Source: Bacillota bacterium (GTDB taxonomy: Bacteria > Bacillota_I > Bacilli_A > RFN20 > CAG-826). Taken from it: DNA of 64,000 nucleotides. Position numbers and translations under genes: made by a program. Of this stretch, positions 38,809-48,552 are shown one piece after another. The notes under the pieces are model-generated. The model did no database searches. It saw only the letters and a program-made list of their open reading frames with translations, and was not told the DNA's origin. Within the stretch, counting starts at the first letter, position 1. Each line of letters starts with the position of its first letter. The stretch spans positions 150,544-214,543 of the forward strand of contig JAURFC010000001.1 of NCBI GenBank assembly GCA_030834445.1, in the 5' to 3' direction.

Positions 38809-40638
38809 TTACTCCTTCGTGGGTGATTCCAATTTTTTTAAGATAATCGCGGCGTGAGATCCAATCCGTAAGTTTAATCGATGGTCGCTCACAACAATCG
38901 GCTTGTCATTGAGCACATGATAACCTCCGTATTGGGCATGCGTGGAGTTCAGGATCTCAACATACGTTCCTGGTTCACACCCATGTAATACATACTCATT
39001 ATAGTAATTTCCTTTCATGTTGAAAACCATAACAAGCGTAGAATTGTAAACTTTTCGTTGAAAGACAAAGACACTATCAAAAGCATTGTCGACCATAATC
39101 CAACGGAAGGATTGCGGATCACTATCCCCTTGATAAAGGGCAGGATGATCCCGATAAACTTGATTTAAATCGCGCAAGAAAGATTGAATTGCCACATGTT
39201 TAGGAAAGTCTAAAAAGAACCATGGTAACCCTTTGTTTTCATTCCATTCATCAAAGGATGCGAGTTCATTGCCCATAAAATTAAGCTTTTTCCCGGGGTG
39301 TGTCATTTGATACGTGTAAAGGTTTTTAACCCGTTCAAATTTCGTGTCGTAATCTCCGTGCATTTTATTTAGAATCGTCCCTTTTCCGTGAACGACTTCA
39401 TCATGAGATAAAGGGAGAAGGAAGCGTTCCGCATAAAAATAGTGCATGGAAAACGTAAGTTTATGATGATCATAATATTTATAAACATCATCTAAACCAT
39501 AATATTTCAAGGTGTCATTCATCCACCCCATATCCCATTTGTAATCAAACCCTAATCCTCCCTCTTCAACGGGGCGGGTAACGCCCGGGAAAGAGGTGGA
39601 ATCTTCGGCAATCATCATCACCGAAGGATAATGGGTATGAATATATTGATTCAGTTGTTTCAAAAACGAGATACCACCCAAATTAAGCCCTTTGTCTTGA
39701 TTACCATCCCAATACACCATATTACTAACTGCATCAATCCGAATACCATCCACATGAAATTCATCGACAAACATACGAATGCCACTAAATAAGAGGGAGC
39801 GCGAAACAAATCGCCCTAAATCAAATTGAGGTGATCCCCATTGAGAATACGTTTTTTGGGGATCGAAATATTCATAGAGTTTGGTGCCATCAAATTCAAT
39901 GAGACCAAAGCCATCACTTGCGAAATGGACCACCACATAATCAAGAATGATACCAATACCGGCTTGGTGGCATGCATTCACAAAATGTTTAAAAGCATCA
40001 ATTGAGCCATAACGAGAATCAAGCGCGGTAAAACCTGTCGCTTGATACCCCCACGAACCATCAAAGGGATATTGCGTGAGTGGCATTATTTCGATGTGCG
40101 TAAAACCATGTCTGAGCACATAGGGAATGAGTTCTTTTTCCATCGCTTCATACGATAGAAATTGATTTTTTTCGTCTTTATTCCATGAACCAAGGTGGAC
40201 TTCATAGATGGAAATGGGTCGATCATAGCCCCGTGTCCGATGCTTTAAAAATTCTTCATCGTCCCATGCAAAAGAGGAAGACGCAGTGACAATCGATGCG
40301 GTTAACGGACGTACTTCCGAATAGCGGGCGTAAGGATCAGCTTTTTGCACGCGAACCCCATGAGCATTGGTAAAGGCAAATTTATAACGATGATGCGGTT
40401 TTGCTTGGGGTATAAACACTTCATAAATACCATAATCATGGACTTTTTTGGCATGATGTTTTCCTTCTTGCCAACCGTTAAAGTCGCCAACAACACTGAC
40501 ATCAGTTGCATTGGGAGCGAAGACGCGAAATACATACCCTTTCTTTTGACCTACTTGATGAGGATGAGTGCCAAAATATTGATGCGCATCAAACGATCCT
40601 TCCCAAAAAAAATGTTGGTAAAATTCGGTTAAATTCAC
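38809..40638 (-). CDS. glgB: 1,4-alpha-glucan branching enzyme (GH13, CBM48 N-terminus)
   Basis: 609 aa with GH13 catalytic regions (GIGIILDYVVVHF, GFDYKWDMGW). Confidence 0.9.
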   Translation of the reverse strand: MNLTEFYQHFFWEGSFDAHQYFGTHPHQVGQKKGYVFRVFAPNATDVSVVGDFNGWQEGKHHAKKVHDYGIYEVFIPQAKPHHRYKFAFTNAHGVRVQKADPYARYSEVRPLTASIVTASSSFAWDDEEFLKHRTRGYDRPISIYEVHLGSWNKDEKNQFLSYEAMEKELIPYVLRHGFTHIEIMPLTQYPFDGSWGYQATGFTALDSRYGSIDAFKHFVNACHQAGIGIILDYVVVHFASDGFGLIEFDGTKLYEYFDPQKTYSQWGSPQFDLGRFVSRSLLFSGIRMFVDEFHVDGIRIDAVSNMVYWDGNQDKGLNLGGISFLKQLNQYIHTHYPSVMMIAEDSTSFPGVTRPVEEGGLGFDYKWDMGWMNDTLKYYGLDDVYKYYDHHKLTFSMHYFYAERFLLPLSHDEVVHGKGTILNKMHGDYDTKFERVKNLYTYQMTHPGKKLNFMGNELASFDEWNENKGLPWFFLDFPKHVAIQSFLRDLNQVYRDHPALYQGDSDPQSFRWIMVDNAFDSVFVFQRKVYNSTLVMVFNMKGNYYNEYVLHGCEPGTYVEILNSTHAQYGGYHVLNDKPIVVSDHRLNLRIGSHAAIILKKLESPTKE

Positions 40639-40745
40639 GCCTTTATTATACGATAAGTTCTTTTTTTTGAATCGTCTCTTTTTTCATTCATTTTTTCATT
40701 TTCTTTCTATGAATTGAGGGAGAAATTCTTTATAATGAGGAACGT

Positions 40746-41948
40746 ATGAAAAATAAATCAATTTATATTGCCGTGAATGCAGGAAGTAGCAGTCTTAAAT
40801 TTAAACTTTACACCATGCCGGAAGAAACACTAGTATGCTCGGGAATGGCCGATCGCATCGGACAAAGCATGGGAGAGTTTTCCTTAAAATACGCCGATCA
40901 AAAATACCAACTTGAAACCCCGATTCCTAACCATGAAGTGGGTGTTCAACTTCTTTTAAAAGCCTTACTCGATACGAAGGTTATTCCTTTGTATGATGTA
41001 ATTGCTGGGGTTGGCCACCGAGTTGTTCAAGGAGGAAAATACTTTTCTGGAAGTGTTTTATTTACCCCCGAAGTCGTGGAAAAAATCGAGAGTTTAATTC
41101 CCTTTGCTCCCCTTCATAATCGTCCCAATCTCCAAGGTTATTTTGCCTTTTATAAAGTTTTACCTTCGATTCCTCATGTAGCTGTATTTGATACTGCCTT
41201 CCATCAAACGATGGCGCCACAAGATTATTTGTATCCTATTCCATACCAATGGTCGACCCAATTTGACTTACGTCGCTATGGATTTCATGGAACCTCGCAT
41301 CAATATCTCGTTCAAGAGCTTGCGAAACATTCCACGTTATCCCCGCAAAAAGTCATCACATGTCATATCGGTTCGGGGGCAAGCCTAGCAGCCATTAAAG
41401 ATCAAAAAGTCGTCGCAACCTCGATGGGTTTAACCCCCCTCGGTGGCATTATGATGGGCACACGCACCGGCGATATCGATCCTTCCATTCTTCACTTTGC
41501 GGCATTGAAACTCAATGAAACCCATGAAAATGTTTACGCAATGCTGAATAAACAAAGCGGTTTACTTGGTGTTTCAGGGATGACATCCGATTCTCGCGAT
41601 TTAGAAGAAGCTCATCTTGCCGGGAATGAACGTGCGCAACTTGCCAACCAACTCTTTGTGCGTCGTATTGCCGATTTTATCGGACAATATCATGTTCGTT
41701 TGCATTCGGCAAATGCCGTTATTTTTTCTGCTGGCATCGGTGAAAATTCAGGATTTTATCGTCAACTCATTCTTGATGAAGTCAAAGATGCACTTGGTAT
41801 TGATTTCGATCGTGAATTGAATATGAAAACCCGTGGTAAAACCACAAAAATATCAACAGCCTCAAGTCAAGTCGAGGTATGGGTGATTCCCACGAATGAA
41901 GAAATCATGATCATTCGTGATACGTATCACCTTGGCAAAGGAGCCTAA
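40746..41948 (+). CDS. ackA: Acetate kinase
   Basis: 400 aa; ASKHA-fold motifs (AVNAGSSSLKF, HIGSGAS). Confidence 0.95.
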   Translation: MKNKSIYIAVNAGSSSLKFKLYTMPEETLVCSGMADRIGQSMGEFSLKYADQKYQLETPIPNHEVGVQLLLKALLDTKVIPLYDVIAGVGHRVVQGGKYFSGSVLFTPEVVEKIESLIPFAPLHNRPNLQGYFAFYKVLPSIPHVAVFDTAFHQTMAPQDYLYPIPYQWSTQFDLRRYGFHGTSHQYLVQELAKHSTLSPQKVITCHIGSGASLAAIKDQKVVATSMGLTPLGGIMMGTRTGDIDPSILHFAALKLNETHENVYAMLNKQSGLLGVSGMTSDSRDLEEAHLAGNERAQLANQLFVRRIADFIGQYHVRLHSANAVIFSAGIGENSGFYRQLILDEVKDALGIDFDRELNMKTRGKTTKISTASSQVEVWVIPTNEEIMIIRDTYHLGKGA

Positions 41949-41950
41949 CT

Positions 41951-42910
41951 ATGAATCAAAAAGCCCTCTATAAAACGATTTTAAAAAAGATTAAAAAGTA
42001 CCCAAAAATAGTCGTATTTCGTCATCAAATTCCTGATTTTGATGCCTTAGGAACGCAATGGGGTCTTGCCACTTGGTTGCGTGATAATTTCCCGAAAAAG
42101 ACCATTAAAGTTGTCGGGAAAGATCAAGGGTTTTTCCGCGATGATCTTTATCCCAAAATGGAAAAAGTACCAAACACTTTTTTTGATGAACAAACGTTAG
42201 CAATTGTCGTGGATACCGCAAATACGGCCCGAATTGACGATGACCGTTATGCGAAAGCGGCGGAAGTCATTAAGATTGATCACCACCCCAATCATGAACC
42301 GTACGGGAATGTCGTTCTTGTCGACACCTCAACGTGTGCCGCAAGTGAACTGATTATGGTGATGATTCAAAGTTTTGGGAAACGCTACAAATTATCCAAA
42401 GAAGCCGCCGTCTTCCTCTTTTCAGGGATAGCTGGAGACAGTGGTCGCTTTATGTATAGTTCAACCTCACCGCAAACGTTTGCAATTGCACAACGCTTAC
42501 TAGAAACCGGCATTAATGCGAACCAAGATGTTTATTTAAAAATGTATGAAAAAACATTACAAGATCTCAACGTAACCGCTCATATTTTATCGCATTATAA
42601 AGTGAGTAAAAAAGGGGTTGCCTATTACACCCTTTCCCATCAAGAACAAGTCGACTTAGGCATCGTCGCCCAACGGGGCAAAGATAATGTCAATATATTT
42701 GCCAATATCAAAGACGTGCATATTTGGTGTTCGATTTCCGAAGACAAAGAAGCCAATGTTTGGCGTGTTTCCATTCGTTCTAAAGCGGTTTCCATTAACG
42801 AAGTCGCCCGTGCTTTTGAAGGCGGTGGCCACCCGCAAGCAAGTGGCGCAAAACTTGCGACGATTACGCAGTTACCGAAATTAATAAAAGCCCTCGAAAA
42901 ATTACTTTAG
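41951..42910 (+). CDS. nrnA: DHH/DHHA1 phosphoesterase NrnA (nanoRNase / pAp phosphatase)
   Basis: DHH motif IDHHPNHEPYG and GGGH in the DHHA1 domain; adjacent to dnaE as in B. subtilis ytqI. Confidence 0.85.
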   Translation: MNQKALYKTILKKIKKYPKIVVFRHQIPDFDALGTQWGLATWLRDNFPKKTIKVVGKDQGFFRDDLYPKMEKVPNTFFDEQTLAIVVDTANTARIDDDRYAKAAEVIKIDHHPNHEPYGNVVLVDTSTCAASELIMVMIQSFGKRYKLSKEAAVFLFSGIAGDSGRFMYSSTSPQTFAIAQRLLETGINANQDVYLKMYEKTLQDLNVTAHILSHYKVSKKGVAYYTLSHQEQVDLGIVAQRGKDNVNIFANIKDVHIWCSISEDKEANVWRVSIRSKAVSINEVARAFEGGGHPQASGAKLATITQLPKLIKALEKLL

Positions 42911-42976
42911 TCTCTCAATTATTATCGGGCAATTGGATGCCCTTTATGCTACAATAACGCTAATGAGGATGGTCCC

Positions 42977-45900
42977 TTGTTTATTCCTTTACACATTTAC
43001 TCTTCTTATTCCTTTTTATCGAGTGGTTTTACGATTGACCGCCTTATTTCAACGTGTAAACAACGACAATTTCAAAGTGTCGGTCTAACCGATCGTCACG
43101 TCTTATTTGGCTTTCCCGAATTTCAACAATTAACCAAACGTTACCAAATCAACCCCATTTTTGGGATGGACATCCTTCATGAGGGATTTTTATGGACGGT
43201 CTTTGCAAAAAATGAAGTAGGCTATCGGTGGTTAGTTCATACCTCATCGTCCCTCCAACATGAAACCAAATCCATTGATTTTGCTTCTTTAGGCGAAGAC
43301 GGTATTGTCGTACTCTCCCCCCATTTATCCGATGCTTTTGACATCCAAGATGGGCAATTATCACGCCGTCTTGCCACCATCACATCGGGTTTAAAACATG
43401 TGTTTATTGGTTTACCGATGGTCCATCAAGTTCCCAATGAAACGATTCAACTTTATCGTGATTTCGCTCAAAAATATACATATGGTCTAGTCGCATTTCC
43501 CCATATTCTTTATGCCAAACCTCAGGATGCACTGGTGGTAGAGATTCTTGGGACCATTAGTCGCGGTGAAACGTTATCCATCAAGGAAAAAACCGGAACT
43601 GCTTCAATGCCAACCCCCGAACAAATTGCGGTTAGTTATAACGATGATGAATGTGCGCAGACCATGTGGATTGCCAGTCAATGCCATGTGGAATTTGAAA
43701 GCAAACGTGGAAAACTCATTCGTTTTGACCCTTCACAAAAAGGCGAAGATCTCTTACGAGAAAAAGCCATCGAGGGTTTACAAAATCGCCCGATTGACTT
43801 TAGTAATTTAACGTATCTTGAACGATTGGATGAAGAATTAACCATCATTGAGCAACTCGGTTTTTCTGATTACTTTTTAATTGTCGCAGACTTTGTTCAC
43901 TATGCCAAACGGGAACATATCCCCGTTGGACCGGGTCGTGGTTCTGCGCCAGGAAGTCTTGTCGCGTATGCGTTAGGCATTACCGATATTGATCCGATTC
44001 CTCATCACCTTCTTTTTGAACGATTTTTAAATCCTTCTCGAAAAACGATGCCTGATATCGATATTGATATTGCCGATGTCGATCGTGAAAAAATTGTCGA
44101 TTATCTCCGTCAAAAATACGGGCAAGATCGTGTCGCGAATATTATTACGTTCCAAACGATTCAAGCCAAACAAGCGGTTCGTGATATCGGTCGTGTCTAT
44201 GGCTTTTCTCAAAATTCTGTGGATTTAATTAGTAAAACGCTTGGCGATGGAAAAGTGGACTTAAAAACGGCTTACAAACAAAGCAAAGCCCTACGCACCT
44301 TATTTGAAACGGACTCTGAATGTGCTGAAATTATCAAATTAGCCCATAAGATCGAAGGATTTGTTCGCCAATCCGGCATGCATCCTGCCGGGGTAATTTT
44401 AAATGACGAACCACTTCAAGAATCGATTCCTACGTTATTTAATGGGCAATTTTTCGTGAGTCAATACGAGATGAGTGCCCTTGAAAATCAAGGATACTTA
44501 AAAATTGATATTTTAGGTTTACGCAATTTAACGTTTATTCAACAAACCTTACGCATGCTTGCATTAGAAGATATATCCTTGGATTTATCCACAATTTTAT
44601 ATGATGATCAAGCAGTGTTTGAAACGTTACAAAAAGGATTAACCATGGGGATTTTTCAACTCGAATCTCCGGGCATGAATCGCGCGATTCAAACCATTCA
44701 ACCTTCTTCGTTTAATGACCTAGTAAGTTTATTAGCCCTTTACCGTCCTGGTCCGATGGACAATATTCAAAGTTATGCGCTTCGAAAAAAAGGGGCGGAA
44801 CCGATTACCACCCTTGATCCGCAATTGAATCCCATTCTTGCACCGACCTATGGCATTATCGTCTATCAAGAACAAATCATGCAAATTGCCCAAAAAATGG
44901 CTGGCTTTTCACTTTCAAAAGCGGATGATTTCCGACGCGCAATCGCCAAAAAAGATAATGAATCGATGAAGAATTTGAAAGACGCCTTTCTTCGCGGGGC
45001 AGTCAGTCAAGGCTATAAAGAAGACCATGCCTTAAGTGTCTATAATCATATTTTTAAATTTGCGGATTATGGTTTTAATAAATCACACTCCGTTGCTTAT
45101 GCTGTTATTTCCTATCACATGCTTTATTTAAAAACATATTATCCGCATGCTTTCTTTGCCACCTTGCTTAATCAAGTGAGCCTCGGTCACGATGAAAAGC
45201 TTTCCCAATATCTTGAAGAGATTCGCGCGTTAAAAATTCCGATTCATTCCCCGAGTTTATTGACCCCTACCTCCCGGTTCACCTTAAAAAAAGGCACGTT
45301 ATTAGCCCCATTAACCCTAATTAAAGGGGTCGCACGCGACATAGCAAAATTGATTGAAAAAGAAGCCTCACGAAAACCCTTTGACGATTTTTTTGATTTT
45401 GTAACGCGCATGTACAATCATAAAATTACCGCTCAAACGGTTCTCGCGCTCATTGATGCCGGCGCGTGTGATGGCTTCCATGTCAGTCGGGCTAGCTTAC
45501 GAGCCACCATTCCTAATGCAATGAAAAATGCTGCCGTGGCCAGTACCTTCTTGGACGAAAGTTTAGGATTACTTCCTACAGATGCACTTCCGAAAATGCC
45601 GTATGTCGAGGCCGAGGATGTGGCCTTAGAAAATATCGAACGTGAACTTGATGTCCTCGACCATTTCCTTTCCCAATCCGTCTTAGCCCGCTTTACTCCA
45701 CCTGCCGATTTTCCCTCCCTTCAATCGATTCAAGCGGTCATTGCCACCACATCCACACAAACCTTATTAGCCACGGGTGGCATTATTAAACAACGCCGAA
45801 TTATCCAAACTAAATCCGGACAAACGATGGCATTTATGACGCTCTATGATGAATCAGGATCGCTTGAAGCCATTGTGTTTCCGCGTTTGTATGAGACCGT

Positions 45901-46006
45901 TTCCCACATCTTAGAAAGGGGACGTATTGTAATGGTGACAGGGCGAAAAGACCAAGAAAAACCGAACACGTTATTGCTCGATCAACTCAAAGAGGCACAA
46001 CCATGA
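42977..46006 (+). CDS. dnaE: DNA polymerase III alpha subunit DnaE (TTG start)
   Basis: PHP domain N-terminus (HIYSSYSFLSS), Pol IIIα palm/fingers, C-terminal OB fold; 1009 aa. Confidence 0.9.
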   Translation: MFIPLHIYSSYSFLSSGFTIDRLISTCKQRQFQSVGLTDRHVLFGFPEFQQLTKRYQINPIFGMDILHEGFLWTVFAKNEVGYRWLVHTSSSLQHETKSIDFASLGEDGIVVLSPHLSDAFDIQDGQLSRRLATITSGLKHVFIGLPMVHQVPNETIQLYRDFAQKYTYGLVAFPHILYAKPQDALVVEILGTISRGETLSIKEKTGTASMPTPEQIAVSYNDDECAQTMWIASQCHVEFESKRGKLIRFDPSQKGEDLLREKAIEGLQNRPIDFSNLTYLERLDEELTIIEQLGFSDYFLIVADFVHYAKREHIPVGPGRGSAPGSLVAYALGITDIDPIPHHLLFERFLNPSRKTMPDIDIDIADVDREKIVDYLRQKYGQDRVANIITFQTIQAKQAVRDIGRVYGFSQNSVDLISKTLGDGKVDLKTAYKQSKALRTLFETDSECAEIIKLAHKIEGFVRQSGMHPAGVILNDEPLQESIPTLFNGQFFVSQYEMSALENQGYLKIDILGLRNLTFIQQTLRMLALEDISLDLSTILYDDQAVFETLQKGLTMGIFQLESPGMNRAIQTIQPSSFNDLVSLLALYRPGPMDNIQSYALRKKGAEPITTLDPQLNPILAPTYGIIVYQEQIMQIAQKMAGFSLSKADDFRRAIAKKDNESMKNLKDAFLRGAVSQGYKEDHALSVYNHIFKFADYGFNKSHSVAYAVISYHMLYLKTYYPHAFFATLLNQVSLGHDEKLSQYLEEIRALKIPIHSPSLLTPTSRFTLKKGTLLAPLTLIKGVARDIAKLIEKEASRKPFDDFFDFVTRMYNHKITAQTVLALIDAGACDGFHVSRASLRATIPNAMKNAAVASTFLDESLGLLPTDALPKMPYVEAEDVALENIERELDVLDHFLSQSVLARFTPPADFPSLQSIQAVIATTSTQTLLATGGIIKQRRIIQTKSGQTMAFMTLYDESGSLEAIVFPRLYETVSHILERGRIVMVTGRKDQEKPNTLLLDQLKEAQP

Positions 46007-48552
46007 AAAAAATGATTTTGATTGATGGAAACTCGTTATTGTTTCGTGCTTATTATGCGTCCATCTATGGAAGTGCCCAACCGTTAACCAACAAAGCAGG
46101 TATTCCAACCAATGCTGTCTATGTTTTCGCCAATATGATTCATAAGCTTTTATTTCCCTTACCTGAACACGATGAATTACACGTCCTTGTTGCCTTTGAC
46201 ACCGGCAAAAAAACGTTTCGTCACGAACAACTCGAATCGTATAAAGCTCATCGAAAACCGGTTCCCGACGATTTAATCCAACAATTTCCGATTGCCCGTG
46301 AACTCTTAAAAGCTTTGCAACTTTTCACCTTTGAACAAGATGGATTTGAAGGGGATGATGTGGCCGGAACGATGGCGATTCGCGCCAAACAAGAAGGATA
46401 TGAGGTGGAAATCTTTACCTCCGACCGCGATTTTTTACAATTATGTCAACCGGGCATTACCGTCAAACTCATTAAAAAAGGTGTCAGTGATATTTTAGCG
46501 ATGACACCGGAAAAAGTCGAGGAAGACTTTGGCATTACCCCCGCCCAAGTCCCCGATTATAAGGGTCTTGTCGGGGATGCAAGTGATAATATTCCTGGTA
46601 TTCCTGGCATCGGCGACAAAACCGCCGTAAAATTACTCCAACAATTTGGCGATTTAAATGCCATTTTAGCCGCTGCACCTACGATGAGTGGTAAACTCGC
46701 TATCTCCTTACAAGAACATCGTGACTTGGGAATCCTTTCCAAAGAACTCGCCATCATTCATACCACCATGGAACTTCCCTTTGGTCTTGAAGAAACACGG
46801 TTTCAAGGTGTCTCCGATCCGTTACTGAAACGATTCATTCAAACCTATGATATGCGGTCATTAACCGATCGTTTTCTCACCCCCGCGGTGGTTGAAAAGA
46901 AAACATGGTCCTATGCCGATTTTGCGACGTGTCCTGACATCCAGGATGGAACTGTTTTTATCGTTCCCATCGGACAAGCGACCAATTATTATCGCCAACC
47001 TGATCAGGGTTATGTCCTTTACGATCTACAAACGGCGTATGTCATCAAAAACCCGTGGGAAAATCCCCGTTGGCGTTCTCTGCTCGCCGATGCAAATGTC
47101 TTAAAAACAACCTATGATAGCAAGCGTCTTTATGTCGATGCCATGCGCCATCAATGTTCACTTGAGGGCCTCCATTTTGATGTGCAACTGGCCACACTCA
47201 CCTTGGATGAAACGCCTTCGTTACAACGTAAACAAATCTTTTTTAATGTCGGTGTTGATTTAGAGGACGATGAACTTATTCAAGCGGTGCAAATGGCGAT
47301 GACCTTACCTGCAATGGAAAAATCGTTGCGAGCGGAACTTCAAGAAAAAGCACTTGAAACCATTGTCTTTAACATCGAATTTCCACTCGCACGTGTGCTT
47401 GCAAAAATGGAAATCGAAGGTATTCCTTTAGATATTCATCTGCTTGCTTCGATGGAAAAAGAGTTACATGAAAAAATTCAATCCCTGAAAGCATCCATGG
47501 ATACTTACACCACACATTCCGTTAATTATGATTCTCCCAAACAAGTATCCGAGTGGTTATTTGATGAACTCAAACTCCCCAATTATAAAAAAGGGTCAAC
47601 GAGTGTCGATGTTTTAAAAGGACTGATCGACCACCATCCTGTCGTTGGATCGTTATTAGACTACCGTAAATATGCCAAATTTTTATCTACCTATGTTGCC
47701 TCCTTACCTTCTCACCAATACGAAGATGGAAAGCTACATCCTCTCTATAACCAAGTGCAAACGACCACCGGACGCCTATCTTCCTTTGATCCGAATATTC
47801 AAAATATTTCCGTCAAGGATGATGAAACCAAGCGCATACGTGAAGCCTTTTATTATGAAAAACCATGGTGCTTCTTATCGTTTGACTATTCCCAAATCGA
47901 ATTACGCATTCTTGCTGAATTATCCAAGTGCCAAGCGTTAATCGATGATTTTTCCGCCGATCTTGATATCCATACAACGACGGCCCAACGGCTTTTTGCC
48001 CAAGGAGGCACCGTTACTTCCGCGATGCGTCGGCAAGCCAAAGCGGTGAACTTTGGTATTATTTACGGCATCTCTTCCTGGGGGCTTGCCGATCAGTTGA
48101 ATATTGCCCCTCAAGAAGCGAGTCAACTCATTCAACAATTTTATGAAGCGTATCCGGAATTGAAACAATTTAATGAGATAACTCTCACAACCTTGCAAAA
48201 CCAACAATATGTATCTACCTTGCTCGGAAGACGTCGGTACTTACGCGATATTAAAGGAAATTTTCAAGCCCGAGAATTTGCGAAGCGCGCGGCGATGAAT
48301 GCCCCGATTCAAGGAACGGCAGCCGATTTATTAAAACTTGCGATGATCCAAATTGATGCCTTTTTAGAAAAAGGCGGTTATCAAACAAAAATGATTGCCA
48401 CCATTCATGATGAAATCTTATTTAAATGTCACGAAGATGAACGCGATGAACTCATGCCAAAACTTCAAGACTTAATGGAAAAAGCGTTACCGATGCAGGT
48501 CCGGTTAAAAGTCGAAGGTAGTTATGCTTCTTCGTGGTACGCGGTGAAATAA
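46003..48552 (+). CDS. polA: DNA polymerase I
   Basis: 849 aa with 5'-3' exonuclease domain, spacer, and pol family-A motifs (RRQAKAVNFGIIYG, HDEILF). Confidence 0.95.
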   Translation: MKKMILIDGNSLLFRAYYASIYGSAQPLTNKAGIPTNAVYVFANMIHKLLFPLPEHDELHVLVAFDTGKKTFRHEQLESYKAHRKPVPDDLIQQFPIARELLKALQLFTFEQDGFEGDDVAGTMAIRAKQEGYEVEIFTSDRDFLQLCQPGITVKLIKKGVSDILAMTPEKVEEDFGITPAQVPDYKGLVGDASDNIPGIPGIGDKTAVKLLQQFGDLNAILAAAPTMSGKLAISLQEHRDLGILSKELAIIHTTMELPFGLEETRFQGVSDPLLKRFIQTYDMRSLTDRFLTPAVVEKKTWSYADFATCPDIQDGTVFIVPIGQATNYYRQPDQGYVLYDLQTAYVIKNPWENPRWRSLLADANVLKTTYDSKRLYVDAMRHQCSLEGLHFDVQLATLTLDETPSLQRKQIFFNVGVDLEDDELIQAVQMAMTLPAMEKSLRAELQEKALETIVFNIEFPLARVLAKMEIEGIPLDIHLLASMEKELHEKIQSLKASMDTYTTHSVNYDSPKQVSEWLFDELKLPNYKKGSTSVDVLKGLIDHHPVVGSLLDYRKYAKFLSTYVASLPSHQYEDGKLHPLYNQVQTTTGRLSSFDPNIQNISVKDDETKRIREAFYYEKPWCFLSFDYSQIELRILAELSKCQALIDDFSADLDIHTTTAQRLFAQGGTVTSAMRRQAKAVNFGIIYGISSWGLADQLNIAPQEASQLIQQFYEAYPELKQFNEITLTTLQNQQYVSTLLGRRRYLRDIKGNFQAREFAKRAAMNAPIQGTAADLLKLAMIQIDAFLEKGGYQTKMIATIHDEILFKCHEDERDELMPKLQDLMEKALPMQVRLKVEGSYASSWYAVK

